In this document: positions 11,408 through 27,670 of the stretch, in pieces
Numbering within the stretch: position 1 is the first letter of the stretch
How the letters are laid out: each line of letters starts with the position of its first letter
Source: Zootoca vivipara
Taxonomy: Eukaryota
Direction: 5' to 3'
Length of the DNA: 64,000 bases
Assembly (NCBI RefSeq): GCF_963506605.1
Contig: NC_083281.1
Span: forward strand, 1,054,001-1,118,000
Notes under the pieces: generated by a model
What the model was told of the DNA's origin: nothing
The model's input: only the letters and a program-made list of their open reading frames with translations
Databases searched by the model: none
Position numbers and translations under genes: made by a program

Positions 11408-14389
11408 CTTAAAAACCTCCAAGGAAGGAGAGACTTCCACCTTCCGAGGGAGCCCGTCCCACCGTCGGACATCAGAACCCTTTTTCTGATGTATTGCCAC
11501 AATCTCCTTTCCTAAAGCCTCGCCTCAGCTCTGCACCAGCTAGAGACAAAGGTGGCTTGGCACAGGCAAATGAACATCCACCTCGCTTCCCTGCACCTGA
11601 GACAGGAAATAGCCAGGGCGGAGGCAGGTGTGGTCCCAGGTGTGTGGCTGCACTGAACTCGCGGCTATTAGTAATGAGATCAGATCGTTCCTTTTCAGAG
11701 GCAGCAGGGAGAGGGGGCGAAAAGCCTTTCTGCCCAACCTCCCAGAAACTGTTTTGAACTCCTTTTCCACCACAAAGCTTGCAACACCGCTTCCCGGGGC
11801 GTGTTTGCTTCTCTTTGCAAGTCCATGAGGACTAGCGACTTAACACACACACAAAAAAGACCTGCTGAATTCTCAGGATCATAGAATTGTAAGAGATGGG
11901 AGGTTCTTCCGGATGTAGTTGGAATCTCCTTCCAAGCAACTTGAATCCATTGGGGGAAAGCTCATGTTCCCTCTTGCATGTGACAGCCATTGAGATATCG
12001 GAAGATGGCTCTCATATCGCCTCTCATATCTCCTCCTTTTTCTCCCAGGCTAAACATCCCCAGCTCCTTCAACTGTTCCTCATCAGGCTTGGCTTCCAGA
12101 CCCTTTATCATCTAGGTTGCCCTCCTCTGCCCACCTTCCAGCTTGTCAGCATCCTCCATAAATTGTGGTGCCCAGTACAGTGGGACCTTGGTTCTCAAAC
12201 GCCTTAGTTCTCAAACTCCGAAAAGCCGCAAGTCAGTGTTCCGGCTTTCATACGTTTCTCGGAAGCCAAACATCCGACGCGGTTGTCGGCGATTGTTTGC
12301 GGGGCACCTACACCAATCAGAAGCTGTGCCTTGTGGTTTTTGAACATTTCAGAAGTCAAATGGACTTCCGGAACGGATTGAGTTTGGCGCTTTTGTTTTT
12401 GCTCTTTATTTTGCGTTTTTGAGGCTTTTTATTATTATTATTAATTTGTTTTTGTGACTGCGTGGAACCCAGCTCAGCTACTGATTGATTGATTGATTGT
12501 GTGACTGCAAAAATAGATAAAAGCCCCCCATCCAAACAATGACTATCATCAGTGCAGGTATGAAAAACATTTAATTTTGATTTTCATCACCTACAATACT
12601 GTCTTATTTATTTTATAGTACAGTACATTGATCATTGCTTTCATTTTATGGATCAATGGTCTTGTTAGAGAGTAAAAAATTCACGTTAAATGGTTGTTTT
12701 AGGGGTTGTTTCTAAAAGTCCAGAACGGAGGATTAATTCGTTTTGCATGACTTTCTACTATGGGAAAGCACGCCTTGGTTTTGGAACGCTTTGGTTTTGG
12801 AACAGACTTCCGGAACGGATTAATTTTGAGAACCGAGGGACCACTGTATTCCCTTGTGAGCTGAGGAGGCTGGGAGAATCTCTGAGCAAACAGTACTCCT
12901 TCCTGATTCTGACCCCATGGACCGAGTCACAGTCACGCAGTTGCCCAGGCTGGTCTGAAGTGGGTCCTGTTTCCTCCGCAACAGGAATCATAGAATCATA
13001 GAGTTGGAAGAGACCACAAGGGCCATCCAGTCCAACCCCCTGCCAAGCAGGAAACACCACCAAAGCATTCTTGACATATGCCTGTCAAGCCTCTGCTTAA
13101 AGACCTCCAAAGAAGGAGACTACACCACACTCCTTGGCAGCAAATTCCACTGCCGCACAGCTCTTACTGTCAGGAAGTTCTTCCTCATGTTGAGGTGGAA
13201 TCTTCCTAATGTTTAGAGGAGCTGGGTGCCAGCCGGGGATGGCCTCTCCGGCTCCCCTCCCTACATCCCTCAGGCATGCCTACCAACTGCTGCTGACCCA
13301 CATCCAGGCCCCCTCTGGGTCTGGGCACCTGGCCTGTCCTTTCAAGGAGAAAGAGCCCCAACTGCCTCCATCCATCACACCGGAGGTCTCAGCCTGCTGG
13401 AGGGTCTCAGATTTCCCCAAGCCAAGGTTGTCTCTGGCTCCTTGGCGCTGCTGACTGCGTTTCTCTGGGACATTCCCACCCCACACTTCTTTATTTAGAA
13501 AGTGTGCTGCTGCTGCTGCTGCTTGGGGACAAGAAACCCAGCACAGCATCGCCGCCTCCGCCACCCTAAGTACACAAACCCCCCACCCCAATACAGCAGC
13601 CCCCTCCCCCATGACTGAAATACAGCGAGGTACCACTGTACAGACTAGACCCTTGGGGTCCCGTTGTATGGGTCTCTTCCCCTCCCCAAAGTCTGTAACC
13701 CTCCCCAACTGGGAACACATACAGGAATCAGCAGAAAGCCAGAGGAGGGTGGGTGATTCAGTCTCCAGAAAGTCCATGGCAGGACAGGAGGTACCGGTAA
13801 CAGTGCTTTTGGGAGGGTGAGTCTCCCTTCCCTCTTTTTTCACAGCTGCAGGATTTATGTTAGCAGGTGCAGACCCTCAGTTACTTAAGTATTTTTATCA
13901 TTTATTTATTTATGGGGGGGTTCCCCCCCAGCTACGCCCATGCCCCCCTCCTCTTCCTTATGCCCCCTAAATCCAGTGCAGCTCTGGAGGTGGGGGGGGG
14001 GAGAGGCTTGGTAGAAGGGTAACTTTAAAGCTGCTGTGGGGCGCGGGGATTTGGCACCGGGAGAGATGGCGACAGAACCATAATAAATCACCCACCCCCG
14101 GGGGGGGGGGAAATGGATGAATGGGGATGTTTTGAGCCTATGGTTGGTGCAAGGGGGTCGCACGGCCGGGGAGGGTGGCCTAACCCCGTGGGAGGAAAGG
14201 TCCAGGCAGGGGTCGCAGGAGGGGGAGCGCCGCGCACGCACGCACGCGAGGAGGGGTGGTCTTGCCTTTCTCATATTTGAGGTAGAGGATGGAGACGACG
14301 AAGTAGCCCAGGTCGAAGACCGGGAAGACGGGCAGGCGGGCGAAGGCGGCGGCCAGGTCGCCCACGTCCAGGGCCCCCACCAAGTCCAT
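1843..14389 (-). CDS. TMEM38A: Trimeric intracellular cation channel A (TRIC-A); coding exons 14266-14389, 5856-6012, 5097-5281, 3598-~3685 (5' part lost in gap, visible 3598-3673), 3184-3301, 1843-2070; 299 aa if exon 4 is 88 nt
   Basis: Spliced translation [64 protein letters not shown].../[14 protein letters not shown].../[19 protein letters not shown].../[16 protein letters not shown].../[13 protein letters not shown]...RKRKAKKAE* matches TRIC-A. Visible splice sites are canonical except a GC donor on intron 1. Phases are consistent (124/157/185/88/118/228 nt). Confidence 0.96.
2118..2790 (+). repeat. 45-bp minisatellite, about 15 copies
   Basis: Unit catcccctccaacgtttctcccgtgaaaatagggacgtcctattc; appears as the 15-aa repeat in ORF 1939..2790. 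Confidence 0.95.
4420..4555. mobile_element. hAT-Charlie-type MITE (~136 bp palindromic)
   Basis: TIRs caggcatccccaaact / agtttggggatgcctg; same family as the copies at 19986, 42908 and 54229. Confidence 0.85.
6096..6570 (+). mobile_element. CR1 LINE 3' fragment
   Basis: Encodes [28 protein letters not shown] (CR1 ORF2 C-terminus) and ends in (ctatgatt)n. Confidence 0.9.
6797..7039. mobile_element. Tc1/mariner (Tigger-like) MITE
   Basis: TA-flanked TIRs ca(a)tggcgcctcggtt / aaccgaggtaccactg. Confidence 0.75.
7545..8620 (+). mobile_element. Solo-LTR-like element, interrupted by an L2 (7768-8325)
   Basis: Starts TGTTAT, TATATAA at 8571; colinear similarity to 10087-11210. Confidence 0.6.
7768..8325 (+). 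mobile_element. L2 LINE 3' fragment with (TAT)n tail
   Basis: Encodes [12 protein letters not shown]…[15 protein letters not shown]. Confidence 0.85.
10087..11210 (+). mobile_element. Solo-LTR-like element, interrupted by a BovB (10325-10910)
   Basis: Starts TGTTAT, TATATAA 11060-11066, AATAAA 11140-11145; similar to 7545-8620. Confidence 0.65.
10325..10910 (+). mobile_element. RTE-BovB LINE 3' fragment (frameshifted)
   Basis: [37 protein letters not shown]…; (CAA)n tail. Confidence 0.92.
11211..11408 (+). mobile_element. L2 LINE 3' end with (ATG)n tail
   Basis: Same 3' end as the other L2 copies. Confidence 0.8.
12176..12848. mobile_element. Tc1/mariner (Tigger-like) non-autonomous element
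   Basis: TA|cagtgggaccttggttctcaaa … tttgagaaccgagggaccactg|TA. Confidence 0.8.
12985..13212 (-). mobile_element. CR1 LINE 3' end
   Basis: (aatcatag)2 tail followed by the reverse complement of 6350-6570. Another piece lies at 3820-3911 between gaps. Confidence 0.85.
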
Positions 14390-14800
14390 GGCGCCGGCGG
14401 CGGCGGCGGCAGGTGCAAGCGGGGGAAGCAAGCAAGCGCGGAGAGGCCGGGAGCGCACGGGAGCGCACGGAGCGCGGAGGAGGAGGAGGAGGAGGAGGGG
14501 GACGCAGCGCCGGGGGAGGGGCGGGGGCGGGGGAGGATAGGGAGACGCCCCGCCCGCCCCCTGCAGCGCCGCCCCCGCACGGCGGACCTCCCTCCCTCCC
14601 TCCCTCGGTGGGGGGGGTGGGGGGGTACATAGGATGGAAGCGCTCTTGGACTGTGCCAAAACCGCTTGGTATCTATCCAGGAGAGGCGCGCTTTCCCCGG
14701 ACTGACAGCCAGGCGCCTCCTCCGGGCTTCAAGGCAGCAGGTGAATTGGGGGGTGGATGCTGCCGGATTCTGGATGCGGGCGGGGGGGGGTGGACTTGGG
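14390..14800 (-). promoter_or_regulatory. CpG-island promoter / 5'UTR of TMEM38A
   Basis: CpG-dense sequence with GC boxes (GGGCGGGG at ~14518-14532, CCCGCCC at ~14548-14560) directly upstream of the ATG. Confidence 0.7.
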
Positions 14801-16236
14801 GTGAACTCTGCCCTGGGAGCCCCCCACCCTTGACAGCCAAGAAACCAGNNNNNNNNNNNNNNNNNNNNNNNNNNNNNNNNNNNNNNNNNNNNNNNNNNNN
14901 NNNNNNNNNNNNNNNNNNNNNNNNNNNNNNNNNNNNNNNNNNNNNNNNNNNNNNNNNNNNNNNNNNNNNNNNNNNNNAAAGGAGCAGGTCGTTAGTTCTG
15001 CAAAGTGCGGAGTTACAAATACAAATGCACGGGAATAGAAGTGGCTTTTATTTTATTTTATTATTTTTTTATTTATACTTTTCAAGCTTGCGCGTTTCAC
15101 CAGTTCACTAATTTTGTACATTTCAATACTTTTGCATTCATTTCAAAACCTGACTTCCTTCTTCTTCCCCCCTCTTTCTGCGGCTCCTTAAATTTAATTT
15201 TCATATCTTCTGCCTGTCCAGATTAGCCTAATTTGCTCATTTGTTCATCTTCTTTCAATATATTATTTGGGGAGAAGTGGCTTTGGTGGAGGCTCTCGCT
15301 CGCCTAATAATAATAATAATAAATTTCTATGGGTAGGAGCCCCAGGAGCAGAGGAAGAAGGGGGCTCCTGGGAAGGGGGGGAGGGGGACCTGCCCCAGAA
15401 CTCAGCGGGAAGGGCGGCTAAAACGAAAACCTTAACACTAGACCAAAATCACCATCACCATAATCCATCATCATCGACTGATAGGGAGGAAGTAATGGGC
15501 AATGGCTTTGCTGCCACAGGAAGAGAGAGGACTTGGGATCGGGTCCTCCTCGCTTGTTGTTTCCCATAAGGGGGAATTGGGTTTGTCACTGTGAGATCAG
15601 GACGCTGAACTCCCTGGGAACTTTCCTTGTGGAACCTCCAGGCGCAGAGGCAGTCTATCTGGTTTCCTAGGGGTATTTGGCCACGCAGGGGATGCTGGAC
15701 AGGACGGGTCCATTTAGGCCTGATCCTGTAGGCTCATCTGATGCTCGGGCTTGAAGAAGGGGAGGCGGCGGGGCTCCGTGGCCAGGAGCCGCTGCCTCAG
15801 AGAGCGCCCGGGTTCTGGGTTTCCTGGAAGAAGCGTGTCTTTGGCCACCGTGAGAAACAGGTGCACGGATCCCCGCTTTGGCCCGACTCAAGTGCACGGC
15901 TCTTCGGTTTGCATTCTGCAGGGAGAGTGGGAGGAGTCCAGATCTTCACTTTGCCTTAATCCGGATTAACCTTACCCTACCTCACTCCTCGGATGGCTAG
16001 TTAACTCCGGTTTCGACCCCTGTCGCCGGTTACGCCGGCCAGGATCTGAAGGAAAGCGAACTCGGGGCCTTTGAACTCGGGCAGAGGCTCCCCCCGCGTA
16101 CCGGATAGACTCAGGCTAGAAACCACAGAATTGTAGAGTTGGGAGGGACCCCAAGAGTCATCCAGTCCGACCCCTTGCAATACAGACAGGTGCTTAGAAA
16201 GTTGATGTGGATTTTAATCTGTTTTAGTATGTCTTA

Positions 16237-17757
16237 TGGAGTTTCTTGGCAGTGAAGTCAAATGGGCCTTAGAAAGCACTGCTAATAACAAGGCCAGTGG
16301 AAGTGATGATATTCCAGCTGAACTATTTAAAATCTTAAAAGATGATGCTGTTAAGGTGCTACACCCAATATGCCAGCAAGTTTGGAAAACTCAGCAATGG
16401 CCAGAGGATTGGAGAAGATCAGTCTACATCCCAATTCCAAAGAAGGGCAGTGCCAAAGAATGCTCCAACTACCGCACAATTGCGCTCATTTCACACGCTA
16501 GCAAGGTTATGCTTAAAATTCTACAAGGCAGGCTTAGGCAGTATGTGGATCGAGAACTCCCAGAAGTGCAAGCTGGATTTCGAAAGGGCAGAGGAACCAG
16601 AGACCAAATAGCAAACATGCGCTGGATTATGGAGAAAGCTAGAGAGTTCCAGAAAAACGTCTACTTCTGCTTCATTGACTATGCAAAAGCCTTTGACTGT
16701 GTCGACCACAGCAAACTATGGCAAGTTCTTAAAGAAATGGGAGTGCCTGATCACCTCATCTGTCTCCTGAGAAATCTCTATGTGGGACAAGAAGCTACAG
16801 TTAGAACTGGATATGGAACAACTGATTGGTTCAAAATTGGGAAAGGAGTACGACAAGGTTGTATATTGTCTCCCTGCTTATTTAACTTATATGCAGAATT
16901 CATCATGCGAAAGGCTGGACTAGATGAATCCCAAGCCGGAATTAAGATTGCCGGAAGAAATATCAACAACCTCAGATATGCAGATGACACAACCTTGATG
17001 GCAGAAAGTGAGGAGGAATTAAAGAACCTTTTAATGAGGGTGAAAGAGGAGAGCGCAAAATATGGTCTGAAGCTCAACATCAAAAAAACCAAGAGCATGG
17101 CCACTGGTCCCATCACCTCCTGGCAAATAGAAGGGGAAGAAATGGAGGCAGTGAGAGATTTTACTTTCTTGGGCTCCTTGATCACTGCAGATGGTGACAG
17201 CAGTCACGAAATTAAAAGACGCCTGCTTCTTGGGAGAAAAGCAATGACAAACCTAGACAGCATCTTAAAAAGCAGAGACATCACCTTGCCGACAAAGGTC
17301 CGTATAGTTAAAGCTATGGTTTTCCCAGTAGTGATATATGGAAGTGAGAGCTGGACCATAAAGAAGGCTGATCGCCGAAGAATTGATGCTTTTGAATTAT
17401 GGTGCTGGAGGAGACTCTTGAGAGTCCCATGGACTGCTAGAAGATCAAACCTATCCATTCTTAAGGAAATCAGCCCTGAGTGCTCCCTGGAAGGACAGAT
17501 CGTGAAGCTGAGGCTCCAATACTTTGGCCACCTCATGAGAAGAGAAGAATCCTTGGAAAAGACCTTGATGCTGGGAAAGATGGAGGGCACAAGGAGAAGG
17601 GGACGACAGAGGACGAGATGGTTGGACAGTGTTCTCGAAGCTACGAACATGAGTTTGACCAAACTGCGGGAGGCAGTGCAAGACAGGAGTGCCTGGCGTG
17701 CTATGGTCCATGGGGTCACGAAGAGTCGGACACGACTAAACGACTAAACAACAACAA
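16237..17757 (+). mobile_element. RTE-BovB LINE, 5'-truncated, with uninterrupted 503-aa reverse-transcriptase ORF (16236-17747)
   Basis: RT motifs FIDYAKAFD, GVRQGCILSP and LRYADD; (CAA)n tail; 11-bp TSD agtatgtctta at 16226-16236 and 17758-17768. Confidence 0.96.
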
Positions 17758-18249
17758 AGTATGTCTTAAAGAACTGTGATTTTTTTAAAAAAAAAACGGA
17801 TTTCACTGTTCTACTTTTTTTGTAAACCGTTTGCAGGGTTTTTATTTTGTAACTATCCAGCGGCGCGTGAATTTTATGAAATAAATAAATGGTGCAAAAT
17901 GGGTGCCACTGGACAGGACGGGGAGGAGCCCGTTAGTTATCTCACGCCTACCAGACCCTGATTTGAGCTTTTCTCGTTCGTAGAATCATCTAATCCCCCA
18001 GCCATTAAAAAACCCGGCGTGCATTCGCCAGTACCTGGCAGCAGGGAGTTCCGCAAGTTAACAGAAATGGGCACAGTCACCCAGTGTGATGGGGCTTTTT
18101 ACTCTGAGCCAGATGCCCTTCTCCCCAGATGTAACTTTCCCGTCCCCCAGTTTCCCCTGAAACAAACTCCCCTCCTCTTCCCGCATTTACTGTTTGTCAT
18201 CAGCAAAATCTAAGTTTCAGAAAGGGCATGTGGCTTCACAAGCTACTAC

Positions 18250-18522
18250 TGAGCGTGCGCGGGTTGCGAGGCGCATGCTCAGTGGCGGGGAAGCCCAGCT
18301 CCGGCGAGCGAGCGGGGCCTGCGGAGGGGGGCGTGCTTGAAGCTGGTGACGCATCAGCGGTGCCTCCTCTTCCCAGAATGGGCGAGCGCCACCTGGCGGC
18401 CGAGGCGGGGAAATTAAAAACAAGGGAGGGGGAAGCCGTCTGCTCATTGGCTGCGGCGCTGATTGACGTCACCTAACGGTGGGGGGGAGCTCTACTTCCG
18501 GTAGGAGACTGGAAGCAGCAGG
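18250..18522 (+). promoter_or_regulatory. CpG-island promoter of SMIM7
   Basis: NRF1-like GCGCATGC near 18271, inverted CCAAT 18446-18450, full CRE TGACGTCA 18464-18471, ETS ACTTCCGG 18494-18501. Confidence 0.75.
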
Positions 18523-24364
<5,842 letters not shown>

Positions 24365-26319
24365 ACCATCTTTGGTGGACTTTGCTGCTGGCTATAACAA
24401 CCTGGGAGTGACTTTCAGCTGGATGTAATGTCTTCACCATGAAGTTTTAAAAAAAGCCGTGTTTTTAAGCATTGCAAGTGTCTTGGTGTCTTATTTCTTC
24501 GAAAAAGAGAAATCTCATGAAATTGTGACTTCTTTTTGTGGCCAAGCATATATAAACATGGTTTCTTTTGCCTGTGGTTGTGGTGGGGGGTTACCTAGTA
24601 CAGTTGTTATAAACTGGTTTATTTGAACCATGGTTAGGCCTTAAATGTGTGAAACCTGCCCAGCGGCTTAACCATGGTAATTTTGTGACCAAGAAACCGC
24701 AATCTGAAGCCATGGTTGGTTGTTGGCATTACGAAAAAGCTTGGTTTTAACTGTGATTTGGTGTGATGGGGTTCCTTGGCCGTGATCCGTTCGGCATTAG
24801 TAGCTGGAAACGCAAACCAAACTCTGGAGAAGCCAAGCCATGTTTTGTCTGTCTCTGGAATGACCCGTGGCTTGTTCAGCAAACCATGGTTCTGTCGTCT
24901 TCTTCTTTGGCGATCTCTCATAGCTGAATAAGATTGTCTTCCATAAACACGGTTTTAACAGTGAGCCCGTAAGTGACTTTAGAGGCCAATTCTGGATCCC
25001 CACGTCCTTCCACAGTGGGGACATTGGCTTCCAGGCGGGAGTTGATTCCCGTGAGGGTTTGCCAAGCGTGCCTTCCTCTTGGCACATTTCTCCCTTGTGT
25101 CCTGAGTTCGAGTGTCTTCAAAGCCCAGGACACCTTTGGTCAAGGCTGTTCTCCAACTGCAGCGTTCAAGGGGGCCGTCCGTAGCAAACGTCCCCCCATT
25201 CCACTTCCCTTAATGGCAGAGGAATAGGAAGGCTCTCCTATTAACGGTGTACCGGGAGCGATGGTTCGGCCATGATGGAAAGTCCGCAGCTGCCCCATCC
25301 GGATTATTCCTTTGCCAAGTGACAGCCATAACCTGCGTCGTTCTTAAAGCAAACACACCTGTGCAAATCACATATAAATTTAATGATCCCGGTGCTTCTG
25401 GGGAATTCACAGAAGGGTTTTTCCACTTTTTATTTTCAGAGGGGTTTGGTTCTGCTCGACTGCTAAAACTTACGCGTCTGCTGTGACACATTTTATTTTT
25501 TTACCTCAGCGGCAAAGGCAGCGGTGGGGGGGCGCACTTTAGACATGCCCAGGAACATCATGGCCCCTTCAGAATGCTTTTTTAAACCTATTTTTGATCA
25601 ATGGCACATGTATTTTAGCATTGGTTCTGGTGGGTCAAAAAGTTTAAAAAATGAACCTGCCCATAATGGATTCATAGGTCTGAGGGAACACCCTGAGGGC
25701 AATCGTAGCCAGGGGGCCAATTTTTTCAAAAACGTTGCGGTTTGGCTGGGCCAACAATTAGGTGGTGTGTTGGAAGTCTAGATTTCTGTACAACATTATT
25801 TATTGTTGTTGTTGTTGTTGTTATTTACATGATTATACTACCTCCTCGCGAGGTGTATGCCAAATGGCATGATCCTTGCGGTCTCTGGCGTTGTTTTTGA
25901 CGGCCAGAAAGTAAAACCAACGAGATGAGAGGCAGGAGACATTTTGAAATATAGTTGCCAGGGGTTTATAAGCATTTCAAATCATTAACAAATACATAAA
26001 TATATATATGCACACACACAAACACATACATTATTATTATTATTATTATTATTTGTATGCCCCCTCATACCCACAGTTCTCAGGGTGGTTCACAACATAA
26101 AATCACAATATAAAAACATAAAAATAAAAACAAGTAGAGTCTGATAATCCCCCCGTCCCCAATACATTTTAAAAGGGCATTGGATGTCAATCAGCCAAAG
26201 GCCTGGTTAAATAGGAATAATTTCTTGATATACACTTTATATTAAATTAGAAATATATGTATATTTTAAGTGGTTGATAAACAGAATCCAAGTTTAATAT
26301 TTTCCCTCTCCCCCCCCTA

Positions 26320-26992
26320 AACTATTGAATATATTTTTTCCTTTCTTTTAAACAAACTATTGAATATCTTTAATTCTTAAACTGAGGCAAATCTGAGGGA
26401 GGGGACAAACTATTGAATATATATTTCTTTTATGGATATATTTTTTATCTTTCATGTTTAAATTTAGGTAAATCTGAGGGACGAAACAATCTACTGAATA
26501 CATATTGCTTTTGTGCATATATTTTATATCCTTCACATTTAAACTGAGGTAAATCTGAGAGGCGGGGCAAACTATTGAATACATACTTCATTGCTTTTAT
26601 ACATACAGGTGAAACTCGGAAAATTAGAATATCGTCGAAAAGTGCATTTATTTCAGTAATGCAACTTAAAAGGTGAAACCAATATATGAGATAAGATGCG
26701 TGACATGCAAAGCAAGATATGTCAAGCCTTTATTTGTTGTAATTATTTGTCGTTAGGCGGGTCAATTATAAATGGAATGTAATTAATGAAATGTAATAGC
26801 GATGTTTATTATTGTATTATTGTAACTATTTGTTTTATTACTGTGGAATTTCCAAAAGAAAGCATTTGTAAAAATTAAAAGAAAAATAAAAAATAATAAG
26901 TTGCATTACTGAAATAAATGCACTTTTCGACGATATTCACCTGTATTTTAAGATTTACCTCATTTAAGCTGAGGTAAATCTGAGAGGCGGGC
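26320..26992 (+). repeat. Degenerate ~81-bp tandem repeat (about 4 units), interrupted by a Tc1 MITE
   Basis: aaactgaggtaaatctgag…aaactattgaata recurs at ~26379, ~26460, ~26541 and ~26966. Confidence 0.75.
26606..26943. mobile_element. Tc1/mariner MITE with long TIRs
   Basis: TA|caggtgaa…aatatcgtcgaaaagtgcatttatttcagtaatgcaactta / taagttgcattactgaaataaatgcacttttcgacgatattcacctg|TA. Confidence 0.88.
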
Positions 26993-27670
26993 CCCTTCGC
27001 GCCAAGCGCCTCCCTCTCTTTTTTTCCCGCCCTTTCTCCCCCTCCCCCCCCGCTCCCTTTTCCGCCGCAGTACGCATGCGTGCCCGGCCTGCCTGCCGCT
27101 ATAACCCAGAGAGAACCGCGCCGCCGCCGCCTCCCCCACATCCCCGCTGCGCGCGGTGGCGCCTCGACGTCACAGACGCGACGTTCCTCCTTCCCTTCCC
27201 CCCTCCCCCGTGCGTGCGTCGGCCTGCGCACGCCGTCACCGCGTCGGGCGTGTCCCAGGGTGCACCGCGCGCGGCTGGCTCTTGCCCACAGTTGAGCAGC
27301 TCGGCCTCCTCCTCCGCTGCCGCCGCCGCCGCCTCGACGGAGGAGCCCCGAGGAGGACGGCCGGCCCGGCCTGGAGGCAGGGGGGGCGCGGCAACGCCGA
27401 GGACGAGGACGAGGAGCCCGGGCCAGGCCTTCTCCCGGAGAAGGGAGGAGAGGGAGGCGCCCCGAGGAACATGCGGCTCCGGCTGCCCCGCGGCGCGGCC
27501 GGCGAGTGAGCTGAGGGAGGAGCGGCGGCCGAGCGGCGGGGCAGGAGGAAGAGGAAGGCGAGCAGGCCGAGGAGGCCCGGGCAGAAAGCGGGGGGAGGAG
27601 GGCGGGGGGGCTCCTCCTCCTCCCGCCGCCGCCACCGCAGGGCTCGGGGTCGCCGCCTCGAGGGGGGGCA
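26985..27670 (+). promoter_or_regulatory. CpG-island promoter / 5'UTR of MED26
   Basis: CpG-dense; NRF1-like CGCATGCG 27073-27080; CRE-like GACGTCA near 27166. Confidence 0.7.

Noticed and set aside
15960-16120. CpG-rich unique segment that might be a structured ncRNA
   Set aside because: I could not match it to any RNA family or find convincing Pol III signals. An Infernal/Rfam scan would be needed, so it is not called.
16236-17747. 503-aa reverse transcriptase as a domesticated host gene or retron-like system
   Set aside because: It has a TSD, a (CAA)n tail and 5' truncation, and four near-identical 3' fragments occur elsewhere in the window. It is an ordinary BovB copy.
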